A stretch of 64,000 nucleotides of DNA from a virus. Both the position numbers and the translations under genes were made by a program. Shown here piece by piece: positions 11,401 through 23,300 of the stretch (positions are counted from its first letter, which is position 1; each line of letters starts with the position of its first letter). The notes below the pieces were generated by a model. It ran no database searches and was not told the origin of the DNA. It was given only the letters and a program-made list of their open reading frames with translations. The stretch lies in the IMG/VR virus record IMGVR_UViG_3300021963_000069, positions 29,551 to 93,550 of that record; one strand, written 5' to 3'.

Positions 11401-12771
11401 ATAAGTTTGAATATCGTAAAGATATAAATCCCAGTTAGTAGCATCATTTGTATATGGAGCGTCAGTCAAACTAAAACTATATACTCGTGCGTTACCAATT
11501 ATATTTCCTGTGGAATTTAGTTGATCATATAAATCTATAGTTAGTTTATTTTTTGGCGTTCCTGATACATTATTAACTCTTATATTATTCCCCATTTCAA
11601 AAGGAATACTTGCAGTTTTAATCAGTTCTGTATCTCTTGGCTTCTCTACATCGATGATTGTTGTTGATATTTTAGCGACATCATATCCCCTTACATAGGC
11701 TTTTCCTGGGGATATTTTCAAACACATCAAATTTTCTGATGGTGTATTATTTTGTTCCGTAGTTTCGGTATCAAAAAATAATCCGTTATTTCCTAGTCTA
11801 TCATTTAGAGAATTATTTACCGTTACATTAAATGGTTCAACAGTATAATCTCCAGACTCGTCATAGGTTCTTTCTGCAATATAATCTTTAATTATATTAT
11901 ATTGAGTTTTTGTCTCAATTTTTTTAATTTTTCCATCTTCAACTCTCAATAATTCAACAAAATCGGTATCATTAGTGTCTGATATTAATTTTTTAGTTAA
12001 AGATAAATTAATCTTAAATCTATCTGCTCCTGGTGCAGCATAGTTTGTAAAACCTTTAGATGGGTCATATAATGAACTATCATCCTTTGCACTAAGAATT
12101 AATTCATCAATTTTTAGACCAATTCGGTATGAAGGTGTGCTTGTGTAATGGTCAAGAATTATAGTTTGTTTAGATACATTTGCAAAATATCCTCTAATAA
12201 AGTAAACTCCATCACCAATAGATGCCGAAGATCCCACAGATGTTGCATCCAATGAAATTAACGATGAAAATGGAGTTCCTGCATTAATTGTGGTGTTTCC
12301 ATAAGTTATATTTTCTTCTGCAATTAATGATTCGCCATCTTGAAAGGGATTAAATTGAAAATTACTATCAGAATCTAAATATTTTACATATATTGTTAGG
12401 TCTTCTACATTATTTGCATCTGGTAAAGAAATAAATTGAATTGTTGCGGTAGTTCCTGATGTCTGACCAATTACCTTTTTACCAATAAAATTATTAATAT
12501 AAAGAGAAATATCAACTCCAAAATTAGTTGGATTAAGTTTTACTGAATTAAAATTTCCATCATAGGCAATATTGCCCGGAATCACCATAGAACCTTCTTT
12601 AAATACATGGCTTCCAAAAGATTTTACCTGATCTTGTAAAATTGATTGAAGAGTCGTTAGTTCTCTTGCCTGTACCGGATATCCAGGTTTAAACAAAACT
12701 TTATAAAAATTCTTCGAAGAATCAAAATCATCATAATAAGGACTGATATTTAAATCTGTTTTTTGTGCCAT
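5401..12771 (-). CDS. Large structural protein, VrlC/DUF4815 family
   Basis: QKTDLNISPYYDDFD, PVQARELTTLQSILQ, NYAAPGADR, RFKSGFFVDDF, DPLAQSF, GSLFKSQNGSIW; follows gp8. Confidence 0.88.
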   Translation of the reverse strand: MAQKTDLNISPYYDDFDSSKNFYKVLFKPGYPVQARELTTLQSILQDQVKSFGSHVFKEGSMVIPGNIAYDGNFNSVKLNPTNFGVDISLYINNFIGKKVIGQTSGTTATIQFISLPDANNVEDLTIYVKYLDSDSNFQFNPFQDGESLIAEENITYGNTTINAGTPFSSLISLDATSVGSSASIGDGVYFIRGYFANVSKQTIILDHYTSTPSYRIGLKIDELILSAKDDSSLYDPSKGFTNYAAPGADRFKINLSLTKKLISDTNDTDFVELLRVEDGKIKKIETKTQYNIIKDYIAERTYDESGDYTVEPFNVTVNNSLNDRLGNNGLFFDTETTEQNNTPSENLMCLKISPGKAYVRGYDVAKISTTIIDVEKPRDTELIKTASIPFEMGNNIRVNNVSGTPKNKLTIDLYDQLNSTGNIIGNARVYSFSLTDAPYTNDATNWDLYLYDIQTYTTLVLNSSVSNSELPATSFVKGKSSGASGFAVAAGGSSATINLRQTSGTFSVGEQLIVNGLDFSRSIRTVTTYSTEDIKSVKQTTAVSGLPVDFTADCLLERFRFPNGITQVTISGGNTLVSPGKFFTGVKIGSIVRYQTTTGDESFNRVSAVSADGTSLTIAATPGVSGVYSGTVTNGTYSNIFIGAPIIRNQNSGFLYAQLPDFNISSVNLSGSLLTLSEQIAGESTNGSGVLSFDMSAVSGITSAFFASFDQERYSVHYSGGGIGTVTSDQFSISGNTVTISGLIPSQSNIVVNTTLVKNVIQSKIKTYNRSQLLTVVRSKYPESGTGISSSIGDGLTYNQYYGLRVQDEEISLNYPDAVKIISVYESFDSSAPVVDQIQFGASSDVSTNAIIGENIFGKGSKAIARVVSKPFSNVLGIIYLNSERFSISESVVFEDSNITTEIESITPGKYKDITNSYTLDKGQKDQYYDYSRIVRNKNTTEPSKQLLIVFDYYSVPSNDSGDVFTVLSYDKERYTHDIPFIGPRSVKSSDTLDFRPRVPVFTSTTSSPFDFSSRTLSSAPILAPNESSLLGYEYYLPRIDKLYLDKTGNFILEKGISSKNPKAPDKSDAVMEIATIKLPPYLYNPANATVTLMDNRRYTMRDIGLIEDRVENLERVTSLSLLEVNTQTLQIQDADGNNRFKSGFFVDDFKNYTFINRGLSSIRVNTAANELTPIVSRNSLKSQITPATSIIDEDLDLSENFPLSDPNVVKTGKAVTLKYESIGWIEQAFATTVENVNPFNVIVYNGDVKLSPEIDNWVRTIQLPDKNISVTLNSSRTLTNNLTSNVSVNLPQINTQTSSTVNLPDIFGQGNWTEVAGTDNTSTSNTVTNTSSNTTTTESFDTVSNTDTTIRNVLISSSDESFMRSRNTQFSGSNLKPSTQFYQFLDGNSGVDFIPKLIEIRDVTKAFVVGETVVGSSDGNNLISFRVAKSDHKYGPYNSPSTTYTINPYIRTESISSEYSQSSKILNIDTASLSEEAQGKYSGYLLKGMQLVGQSSGAVAYVSDLRLISDNFGDLIGAFYLRDPNTIPPPTVRIATGTKTFKLTSSSTNNPGLPGSTDNSSTETNYNSDGTLEQWENTVTATTSNLTTKTVTNLTTNTTTSQTTINTHTRTTVQRFVDPLAQSFVVGGNVEAPSPTSSNDDVNGAFLTAVDLFFAKKDPGNAPVKVEIRTVELGTPTRTVIGFPVTLRPNQVNTSTDASVATKVTFEEPIYLPPGREYAVVIISENSDQYEMWTAVMGEKTVNTKSLPDVDAVTYSKQFSMGSLFKSQNGSIWTANQYQDLKFKLYKAKFTSTTGTVFFNNPTLDESNGYVQRLSENPLTTLPKRTTLGITTTADTALIADLSVGRKIVDKSKTYVYGYVVGTGSSVSSVGLTTGGSNYVTDSYVETYNIIGNGSGLVLDVTATNGTITGTPVIVNRGNGYKKGDVVGIVTSTVGTGTSVRGRDARITITGDGNSINTLYLEGVQGVFATGTTTDYELSYYNNSNTIVPVTGINVLTRSDSTNEYSGNYVRVEHFDHQMYGNTNKLRISDVISSNAPVPITSSLPSTSTSISIGNTSNFGTFEGITVTPTYPGYVKIGNEIISYGSVGSGSLGTIVRGIDSTISITHEKDALLYKYELNGVSLRRINTTHDIDDLNIGIDGYYLKVNRAANGTDRGTSNTDGPIAGAPQLSFASESKLGGSKVLATENILYSSIVPTYDLNTPGSSTSTSAVIRSVTGTSISGNETSFLDNGYEPIQLNSLNTLRSVRLVCSKENEMEYLDALPRNKSFTTGITFNTTDSNLSPILFLDTAFTEFISSRLDSPISDYTLDGRVNSILDDPHSASYVSRAVNLVQPATSLKVILSAYRHESADFRVLYSLFRPDSSEIDQSFELFPGYDNLSYTTSAGYSVVNPSKNSGRSDTFVSSSLENQFKEYEFTADNLGLFNGYVIKIVMSGTNQAYPPRIKELRTIAVR

Positions 12772-12777
12772 TTTTAT

Positions 12778-14319
12778 TTAAAATTCCAAGATAATTTTAA
12801 TGTCTTCTTTTTGTCGGATATCCCGTGTTACCAGAGGTCGATTGTCGATATAGATTACATCTCCCGTCTTTTTATTTATCTCTGGATTTGCAAGACCTGA
12901 TGTAAAAGTTACCCCCAAATCTATAACTTTACTTCCAATTGTAACTTTATTTGTTGGAGTGGGAGATCCAAAAGTAGTATCAACTGAGCCAGAATATGGA
13001 GAAATGGGTCCCCCATTAGATTCAAAATTATAAACCCTAGAATGATCATTTCGGTCAGTTTGATCTAAACTATTTCCAAAATATAAAGATCTATCTTGAA
13101 AATATTTTAAGACCTTAGTTTCACTATCATATGAGGCTACATAACCTCTTGCAGTTCCATTTGTTACAGTTTGAGTTATTTCATTTCCAATAATTGGAGT
13201 TCCAGTAAATCCCGAAGTTAATTTGATTGCTCCAAGAGATGAATACTGATTTTCTGTAAAGACAACAGTATCTGATGAAAAAGTAGTTGGATTTTTAATA
13301 ATTCCAACTTGTGCAAATTTGGTATCAGTTGGAAAATCTTTTGTTGAATCATCAAATCTGGCATATACCAATACCTTATCCGTTCCCAATTCACTGTAAA
13401 TGTCATAACCATGCCCTTTTGATGGTGGAATGATTGGTATTAGTTTTGCAGCATTTGATATAGTTCCCGGTTGAAGAGTTGACAAATCAACAATCCCCCA
13501 AGTATATCCATAACCACCTGCAACCACCTGAGTAGATACAATAGACCCGCTACTATTGACTGTGATGGATACTCTACCTCCAGATCCATCACCAATAATA
13601 TCAACAATACCTGATGTATACCCACTTCCTCCATTTGCAATATATACTTTTTTAATTTGATTTGGATTTACACTCCCAGAATTTCCATTTTCTCTCACAC
13701 TTACAATTTGAGAATCTGTTGATGTTGCCCAGTTATTTGGAACAACAACATATTCTGTTGAATCAAACTTTATAATATCACTTGGCGAAACTGAAAATAG
13801 ATATTTCCAAACATATCCATCTCCACTTGTTCCTGCTGCCGAGGGTTCTAAATCTGTAAATGTAGGTTCATCCTGAGATTTAGTTCCCTTTGGCGTTATT
13901 GCCGAAGAACCATTATCTATGCAAATATAAACTCTAAAATCACGGTTAATTACATAATAATTGGAATCATATAATCTGCTTGAGTTGGAATTTGGTGTCG
14001 GATTTTGAATACTATAATCGTGCCTATACATCTCATAAGATGTATTGGAAGTCCAAGTAACCTTTCTTATAAGTCTTCTAATATTAGCAGATGTAATTTT
14101 TTTACCAAATAACGAGGTATCTCTGTAATGACTTAAGTATTCTAAATTATCGGTAGGATTTGGAATATCTTCGTTCCAATTAGTAGTTCTTCCAAATCCA
14201 ACACTTGTAGGATTATCTAAACCCAAAAAAACATAATACGAATCATTTCCACTTGTTACGGAATCGATAAAATTACTAGCATTTAATATTCTAAATTGAT
14301 CCGTTACTATTGCTGCCAT
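12778..14319 (-). CDS. gp8: Baseplate wedge subunit gp8
   Basis: MAAIVTDQFRILNA, YDSNYYVIN..RVYICIDNG, DGYVWKYLF, C-terminal QKEDIKIILEF. Confidence 0.92.
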   Translation of the reverse strand: MAAIVTDQFRILNASNFIDSVTSGNDSYYVFLGLDNPTSVGFGRTTNWNEDIPNPTDNLEYLSHYRDTSLFGKKITSANIRRLIRKVTWTSNTSYEMYRHDYSIQNPTPNSNSSRLYDSNYYVINRDFRVYICIDNGSSAITPKGTKSQDEPTFTDLEPSAAGTSGDGYVWKYLFSVSPSDIIKFDSTEYVVVPNNWATSTDSQIVSVRENGNSGSVNPNQIKKVYIANGGSGYTSGIVDIIGDGSGGRVSITVNSSGSIVSTQVVAGGYGYTWGIVDLSTLQPGTISNAAKLIPIIPPSKGHGYDIYSELGTDKVLVYARFDDSTKDFPTDTKFAQVGIIKNPTTFSSDTVVFTENQYSSLGAIKLTSGFTGTPIIGNEITQTVTNGTARGYVASYDSETKVLKYFQDRSLYFGNSLDQTDRNDHSRVYNFESNGGPISPYSGSVDTTFGSPTPTNKVTIGSKVIDLGVTFTSGLANPEINKKTGDVIYIDNRPLVTRDIRQKEDIKIILEF

Positions 14320-14338
14320 ATTGATGTTTTTTAGATAT

Positions 14339-17300
14339 TTATAAGAGTTTTGGAAGTGCTCCAGTTTGTCTAATACCTATTCCCCTTCTTTGAATCGTTG
14401 GAAAGGTTGATAGTCCAACATCTACAGTATTTCCTGATACTCCTATTGATATTGGAGAACTTGAACGAGTGAACCCGGATAGTTTTCCCCAAGAATATTT
14501 ACCGATAGGATTTAATGTACTCCCAGAACTTGAAAGACCAACTACTGATGTATTTGATCTTATGTTACAAGTAATAATTCCAACTGTTCCATTTGAAGAA
14601 AATTGATGAATATAATAAACATTATCAACAAAGGTTGTTCCAATTCCAATCACCGCAGAATTAGAAGTATCAATAGAAGTTATTCCCCCTCCAACTCTTG
14701 TATCAAAGATATAAATCGGATATCCAGTTTGCAATCCAGTATAAGCAGGTGAATTTAAATAAAATCTAAGTGCTAATGGGTTTCCGCTACTACCAGTAGT
14801 AGTTGTAATTCCAGTAATAATTCCAGAGAATCCATCAATTGAAATAATATTAGAAATTAATTCGACTGCACCATTCGTGATAGTTGAAATCCCATTAACA
14901 ATCAGAGAACTAAAAGGTTTTGGATTAATAATATTATCATATTCAAAAAATTCTGCATTATCTACAAATATTGTAGTATCTGTGGTTGAGAAATCTTTGA
15001 TAATTTTTGCTGTCGGATAAATCAAAGACTCAATAGAATCTCTGGTTTTATAGACATTTTCTCCATTAATTTTTCTATCAACTTTTTGTTTAATCCAACT
15101 TAAGGGTTTATTATTTTCAGAATCTACTCCTTGGTCTGAATATAAATTAGTTTCAAACTTATCAGAGAAGGATAAATCAAATATTGTTCTCTTATTTTGT
15201 GTTAATGTTCCTGAAATTGAATTATTCTTAAGAACTTGTACGGTGTCACCTCTTTTTAGAGTTTCGTTGATTGAAGTATTTAAAACAGTGTCATCACCAC
15301 CAGTTCCCTTATAGAAGAAAATTGCAACATTATCCTCTTTCCTTGGAGCGGTTGTAAATACAAAACTAGTTCCCCCCTCAAATTGATAGGCAACTCCTGG
15401 GTCCTGAATCACTCCGTTTATAACAATTAGTAATGCATTTGAAAGATTTACTTGAGAATCTTCCAGTGCTTCAAAACTCAATAAATCATTATTATAAAAT
15501 AGAGGAAATCTTGTTCTAATTCCATCTTGATAATTTTTAATTGAATCTATATAATCAAATTCCCCAAATTGCCAAGCAGCAAAAGAATCTGAAAATGTAT
15601 CAACAACCGTTAATCTAAACTCCGATAATGGAGATGTCAGTCCTTTAGCAGTCACCAATCCAACTGGTTTGAATACGTCTCCTCTTCTGAATGAGTAACC
15701 CTGTCTAGAAATACTAAATCTAGAAACTTCAAAATATGTTGATCCTATTCCGGTTGTAGAACTTGCCCCAACTTCAACATTAAGTAAAAGACCTATTCCT
15801 GTATCTGTTGTTGCGCCAATTCCCAATCTTGATATTCCAATTACATCAAGATTTTCATATGAAGGTTCGGATACAAATATTTTAGGATTTGTATATCCCG
15901 TTCCACCAGCACCAACATTGAAGGAAAGTGTTCCTCCCGCTCCAACCGATGCAGTTATGATTGCGGTATCTCCAATATGACCACTTTGATATACTGATAC
16001 TCCTATTGATACAATTCCATTATATCCAGACCCAAGATTATCAGTAGTTCCTAGTCCAACTGATACTATACTACCTCCGGCACCAACTACAGCAGTCACT
16101 GCTGCCCCAACAAGGGGTGCATACCCAAGACCAGTAGAAGATCCTAGAGAAATAATTATTCCCCCTCTTGGAGTTTGATTTTGATTGATATCATACTCTG
16201 AAGTAATAATTTGCAAATCTTCCGGATCCCTAATACCAGAAAATACTACGCTAGATATTCCAGAGACGGTATTTTCAATAATACTAAAATTATTTTCTGG
16301 ATTGTTTATTGTTGTCGGAGTCTGAAAAACGCCATTTATGAATAAGATTCCATTTCCCCCGCTAGTTCCCAATCCTACAGTATTTGCTCCCCCAACAGTT
16401 AATGTAAATGTCCTACCAATACCTGTAAATTTATTTGAAATATCATCATATAATTGGTTTGATGTATAATTGTTTCTTAAGAAAACTCTTCCGGTAAAGT
16501 CAGATGTTTCAAAAGTTAGATTGCTAGAATCTCTGATTATTTGTGGATTTCCTCTAGGAGATTCTGCAAAGAAAATACTACTATCAACGATATTGTAAGA
16601 TCCCCTATAAATTCTCACTGAAGATGAATCGGAGTGAGTCGATGCCGATGACCCAACAAATGCTCTCTTCACTTCGACTAAACTAATACCTCCACTATTT
16701 GTAATTGGTCCAATATTAGTTGTACCTAATCCAACATTAATTATACCCATATATTCATTATCAATTTTTAGAATATCTTTCGGTGCTATTGTAGATATTC
16801 CACTCAAAGCAAATATTGAAGATCCTGCACCTATTTGCCCCCCATTTCCTGACAAATTATAAGATATTGGAGTAAATATTAATGGATATTGGACTATATT
16901 ATCGATAGTTATGAGTGACTTCTCAAGTTTTTTATTCATTTCCAATTGATGTGCATTCCCACTACCATATGAAGTAAATGTAACTCCAATTCCAGAAATA
17001 GCATTAGACTTGGTTGTTGCCAGTTTAAATGTATTATCTGATAGTTTGATGACATATACCTCAGAAGGTAATAGTGTTGGGCCAGCACCAATTCTCATTG
17101 CACTAGCACCAACTCCAATAAATGTAGATTTTGGTGTGTATGTAAGTTTTTCTAAATCACTAAAGAAATGATTCTGTATCGTAAACACTCCAGTTGATGG
17201 ATTTAGAGTTGTTGAACTTGTAGGATTGAATGTTTTCGCAAAAATTGGGATATTATTTGATTTTAAGTCAAAATTAGTCCTATTAATTCTTCCACCATTA

Positions 17301-20300
17301 ATTGCATTATATTGTTTAATATCAATAAATTCTGTTATATCTCCATAGTTTAAACTTGGGGGAGTATTTTGCGTATCCAGAATTGTATATAAGCACTGAT
17401 TAAATGATAAAATATTAACATTTGAGGTTACCGATGGGTCTGGATAAAACTTCAGTATAAAATTACTTCCGGAGTATTCTCCACCAAAAGTTCCAATACC
17501 ATTGGTACTTCCAACAGAAAGAAAAGGTAGTTGTTGAACATAGATATTGGATTCGTCCTGCACCATCATAATTTGGTGAAGAGCACTTGTTGACCCAACA
17601 CTTACTTCTACTAAAGATTTGACAGCATTAAAATTAGATTTATTTAGAGATACTATAGTTGATGCAGAAGAAACTGTGGACGAGTAGTTTGATTGATATA
17701 TTGCACTTCTTTCGTTTCCGGGAAGTTCTCCCGAAGATATGAATCTATATGTACCTATACCAATAGATGTCGTACCAAATCCAACAATTTTAGATCTAAT
17801 GTCCACAATATTTGGCGAGTTGCTTATATAATCTAAAGATAAAATACCAGAAGGAGAAATACTTGCCGTAAATATTCCTATATGATTTCCAGAATAAAAA
17901 TTACTTGAAAATTCAGAATCAAAGTAATATTCTGAAATATAGGTATCACTACTTATCCCATTATGATTTAAGTACACCTCGGCAAAGTTCATCTGTTTTG
18001 TTACTGAATCAATAATTTGAACATTAGAATATAATGAAGAAAATTTATTTTTCTGTACGGATATAATTGAAGTTTGTATTCCGGAGGTTGCAGTTCTATT
18101 GCAACTATTTAAGTTAACAAATCCTACAGAAGTTGTTCCTATTCCAGGTAAATCGGAATTAAAATTAGTATTAATTAATTTAATATCATAATCAGTATTA
18201 AAAGGATCTTTCGGAACAAATCTCAAATAATTATCATCATTATCATCCGAAATTAATAAAAATTCTCCTATAGTAGTTTCTTCAAGAAAATGTATAATTT
18301 CTGTCCCGGTGTTTACTATTGTTGATTTCTCAGATAAAAATAAATCATTTCCATTATCAAGTATAATTATTTCTGATAATTGAATTTGAGAATTATCAGC
18401 GGTAGAAATTCTAACTAATAAATTAAGATAAGATTCTCCGGGGTTTAATTCTGCTAAATTAATAAATTCACTCGGATTCCCATCCGCATCAGAAAATTGA
18501 CGATTTATATTATCTATTTTTAAAACCACATTGGTCTTACACTCAATGTAATCAGTTAATTTTTTATTTTTTAGTTTTAAGAACTTTGAAGATGTTCCAA
18601 CTACATCAATATCCTTTACTAAATCAAAATCATAAATTGTATCTACTCTATTTTCCTCAATTATGTCATAAAATATAGTAGTAGCATTCTCTGAAGTTGT
18701 AATTCCAGAGTTGGTAGTTGATGTAATTCCAGTATCTGAAAAATTCTTTAGTCCACTTGAATGAACTAAACTATTAACTGGTGTTCTTAATTCCTGATAT
18801 GTAATTGGACTTTTTATTGTATAAGAAAGATTTTGATAATAATCATTATCAGGAATAACTTGATTATCTTGATCTAATTTTCCAACATCATTAGACCATC
18901 CAATACTTTTTTCAACTGAATAATCAACATTAAATCTTCCAAAACCAGATTTAATTTTATCTACAGTAGCTATATTTCCAGATTCTTTTCCTATAATAAC
19001 TTCTCCAGTAGACAACTCATATCTTCCTAAGACTTTAATGAATGAATTTTGATATGAAGAAATTTTTAAATCTCTCTCAATTCCATTTGAAATAAGTTTT
19101 TCCCCAATATTAAACGAGGATGGAGTTTTAGTAATATTAAATGATGGGTAATCTATACTTTTTATAATATTTCCAATAGAATCCTGAACTGTCTTTGCTA
19201 TACCAGTATTTGGAGTTAATTTTGAAATATCAATTGTTACTGCAACAAGAACTCCTGTATTATTGTAATTACTAATTTTAAAAAATTTATATCCATAGTT
19301 TTCTGAATTAAATCCAGAACCATTGATACTAGATTTTTGAATTCCTTCTATGAATACTTCATCTCCAATATTAAATGCGGGTGTAGAAAACCCAAGTGTT
19401 GGAGTTGTTATAAAACATGTAAAAATTCCAGTTGAACTAGATTCAACTTTTTGAATACTAATTCCATTAGTGTTGTTAGTAGCATATAATCCCACTGCTG
19501 TTTCGGGAATACCCTTTGGTTTTTGTATAATATTAACTGAATTTATCGTGTTTCCTGATAGAGTTGCCTCTAGTATTCCGCTATTAATTTCTTCTCCGGT
19601 CTCGATATTTACGATTACTATAGATGGTACATCCGTGTACCCTCTTCCTCCATTTGTAACTATTACTGAATCAATTGTATTTGAATTTTTAATAATAATT
19701 AGTGGAGATATTGCTGCGATTGGCTGTAAAGTTTTATCCGAGGAATATTGAAACCCCTCATCAATAATTCTTACTTCCTTTGCATTTCCTATGGATGTCG
19801 ATTTTGGGATAATGTAGGCATCTTTTCCTGCCAAGGAATTAGATCCTTTAATTGATGGAAGTTTTTTATATCCAGATCCACTAGAAATAATATTAATTTT
19901 ATCAATTGGACCTTTTGCTGATAGTGAGTTTGTGAGATATTGTAATCTATCACACTCATTTGAAGTATATGTTAGTTTTTCTGGTTTTTTGGATAAAGAA
20001 ATATTAAATGTTGTAGTTCCCACTCCAGAAATTTTATAGTTAGAATTGTATATACTATCTACAAACAATATTTCAGAATAATTATTTACTTCTTTATCTG
20101 AAGTACTGATATATCCAGATTTTTCCAGATTATAATATAATTGAGTTGGAATATTGTCGTCATAATTAATAGTAATTGATGCGTTATTCGAAACTCCAAT
20201 AGTTCCTATTCCCGATAATGGAGTTGATATAAACTCATTTTTATAATCTTTATCATAGTAAATCTTAAAGTTATATCCCACCAAAGAATTATCTGATAAA

Positions 20301-23300
20301 TTAAATACTAAATTATTATTTTTAAATGATATAATCTGTGGATTTATTAACGAAATGCTTTGATTAGATCCACCAGTACTGTTAATACCTACTATTGTTG
20401 GAGGGATTGTTTCAGAATCAATGTATGTTTCGCAAAGTTTTATAGAATTATCATTAACCTTATAAACATAATAAAATCCTGTCGATAATCCAGACGCAAC
20501 TGAATTTGCAGAATACAAGACTTTATCACCAGTTTTTAAATTATGTGAATTAATTAAAATTGTATCTGTTTCCGTATTAATTCCACTAGAATTGAATGAA
20601 ATTGGATTGATTAAAATATTACCAGTTATCAAATCTCTCTTAGTGTAAATCGATGTTGATGTTCCAATTCCCACAGAAAGATTTGGTTTAATATTTAATT
20701 TAATATTATCTTGATTAGAAAGTTCGTGGGAAGTTGAAACTGAAACAACAGACTTAATTCTTTCAACCTTTCCAATTATTTGTGGATAAGTACTTTCAAA
20801 TGAATATTTGTCATTATTGCTCCCATTAATTCTAAAAAATACATCAGAAGAAATAAGACTAGTTTTAATTCCAATAGTATTAATATTTTTATTCGTTACA
20901 TATACATTTTGAGGTAAATCAAATGTACCGGAAGTTGGTGAAGTTGAAATTGAGATTGGTGTTCCACCATTAGTTGTAAAAACTACTTTCTGATTATTAG
21001 AAAATGGATGATTTTCGATATAAATTCCTTGCGTAGGAATATTTCTAGTAATATTTGAATCGCCAAATTTGAAGGTTGTTGTAATAGTGGCGCCAGGGGT
21101 AGTTCCAATTCCTACTGATTGGACTGGATTAAAAAATACCTTATTATTTACTTTAGATTCAAAATAATCTATTTTTTGTGGAATAATAAATGAATCCGGA
21201 ATAAAGTTTATTTGAGTGGTTGTAGTATGAGATACTCCAGTAGATCCTCGTTCTACTTTAAGAATATTAAGATTTTTATATACTTCTAATATTGATAGTA
21301 TTTCTCCACCTATCGAAATACTACTTCCGACAGATACCGTAGTTGGAAGTTGCGTAACATAAATTTCGGTAGTTAATCCAGATGTTGGTGAAGAAGGAAT
21401 GTCCTTAAGAACATTCGAATAATAAGAAGAAACTGTAATCTTATATGAATTATTTAATTTGGATAAATTAGTAGAAAATCCTGAAATAACAATAAAGTCA
21501 TTGTTTGATAAGTTATGATTTGGTTTGATTGTAACTTTTACTTCTTCTCCATTTTCATATGTAAAAATGGCATTCTCGTAAGTTTCCACAGAAGTATCTA
21601 TTTTTACGATATCTTTTCCTTCAATTGAAGATACTCTTGCGATTAGACCTCCACCTAAAGTATTGCTGTCATCAAAATTTAATACATCATTAACTTTATA
21701 ATTAAATCCGGAATTAACAATATCAAAACCACTTATAAATCCTTCAGAAACTGATTCAACAATTGCTTCTTGTGCGGTAATTTGATCTACCTCGTTTACG
21801 AAGTCATTTTTTGCATAATCATCAGAAACTTTATAAGGTAGAGTATTTCTAAGTAAATTTGAGTTATTAAAATCAAATTTTTGATTTAAAGTGGAATTTT
21901 CTTTTATTGTGTTTGATCTATACCTGTTTCCAATAAAATATGGAAATGTAGGATTTGAAGAGATGTCTAGAGTTGAAAAATAAGCATATACGCCATCGGG
22001 GAATTCTGGAGTTTTTCCAAATCTTCCATTATTTTCATCCAAATCTCCAGAATTTGTGTACTGATAATCTTCAACAAAAAATCCTGACGAAAAACTATTG
22101 GGTCTGTCAATAATATTTGAAGAATTCAATACATATCCAGATATTAGACTTTTAGGAATGGAGTTCGAATCCTTTGGATTGGAGTAACCATAAGGTCCGT
22201 AAATTGGATTTCCATCATATGCCCACCCAATTATATTAGATACTTTAGATTCATTATCATTAAATGAGTTTCTTAAAGTATCAAAATATCCACAAACCGA
22301 GTACTGCAATTGATTTTCAGTCTCTCTTAAAATTTCATTACCAAACTTTACATTATGATTGAGCGTTAAATCTCTAATATTAGCATCTAAAATAGCACCA
22401 GAACCCGCCGGTTTTACTTGAATTGTTGTAGAAGAACTAGAGTATCCAATTCCGGCACTTATCACTTTAACGTCTGTTATTCTTTGATTTATAATAACAG
22501 GTCTTAAATCTGCTCCAGAACCACTACCGGTTAAATCAGTTACAATCAAATCGGGAGTTGAATAATAATCATTTCCACTAGATTCAATATTTACTGAATT
22601 AATTTGACCATTTATAATAATTGGAGTTAATCTTGCCTCTCTGCCATTTTTTATGGATATTGATGGTTTTTTCTCAAGATTTAAAATTGTTGATCCATAT
22701 CCGGTTCCACCTTGATATAGATAGGCATCAACAATAGTACCCTTAACTACAGGAGTTGTCACAAGAGATTGAACTTGTTGAGTTGTCGTACCAAATCCAA
22801 CAGGAGTATATTGTATAGAAACCGAAATATCAGGATAACTAAAATATTGATATCCAGATCCTATGGAAGAAAATCTAACGTAATTTTTTCTGTTGTAGTT
22901 TGATATGTTAGTTCCACCAATTCCAGCATCGCAAAGTCTAAATGAATTATCATTATTTTTTAAGACATAGTATTGAGATAATGTAGAAATGCCGATTGTG
23001 GATGTTTCATATTGATATGTTACAAGTTCTCCACTTTCAAATCCATGTTTTTGGAAATTAATTGCATGATTACTCGTAGATATTCCCGCAGAAGAAACAA
23101 TTAATTTTCTATTTGTATATCCACTACCACCATTTAGTACCTTAATCTCTGATATTGTATTTTTGAATAGTGCAGTTGAAAACTTATGTATTCCGCCGGC
23201 ATTAATTCCATTAAATTTGACAGTATTAATCCCTGACTGATAATCAGAATTGGACTGATAAAGTCTGATAGTTCTGTTATTATCAATTTTAGGATAATAT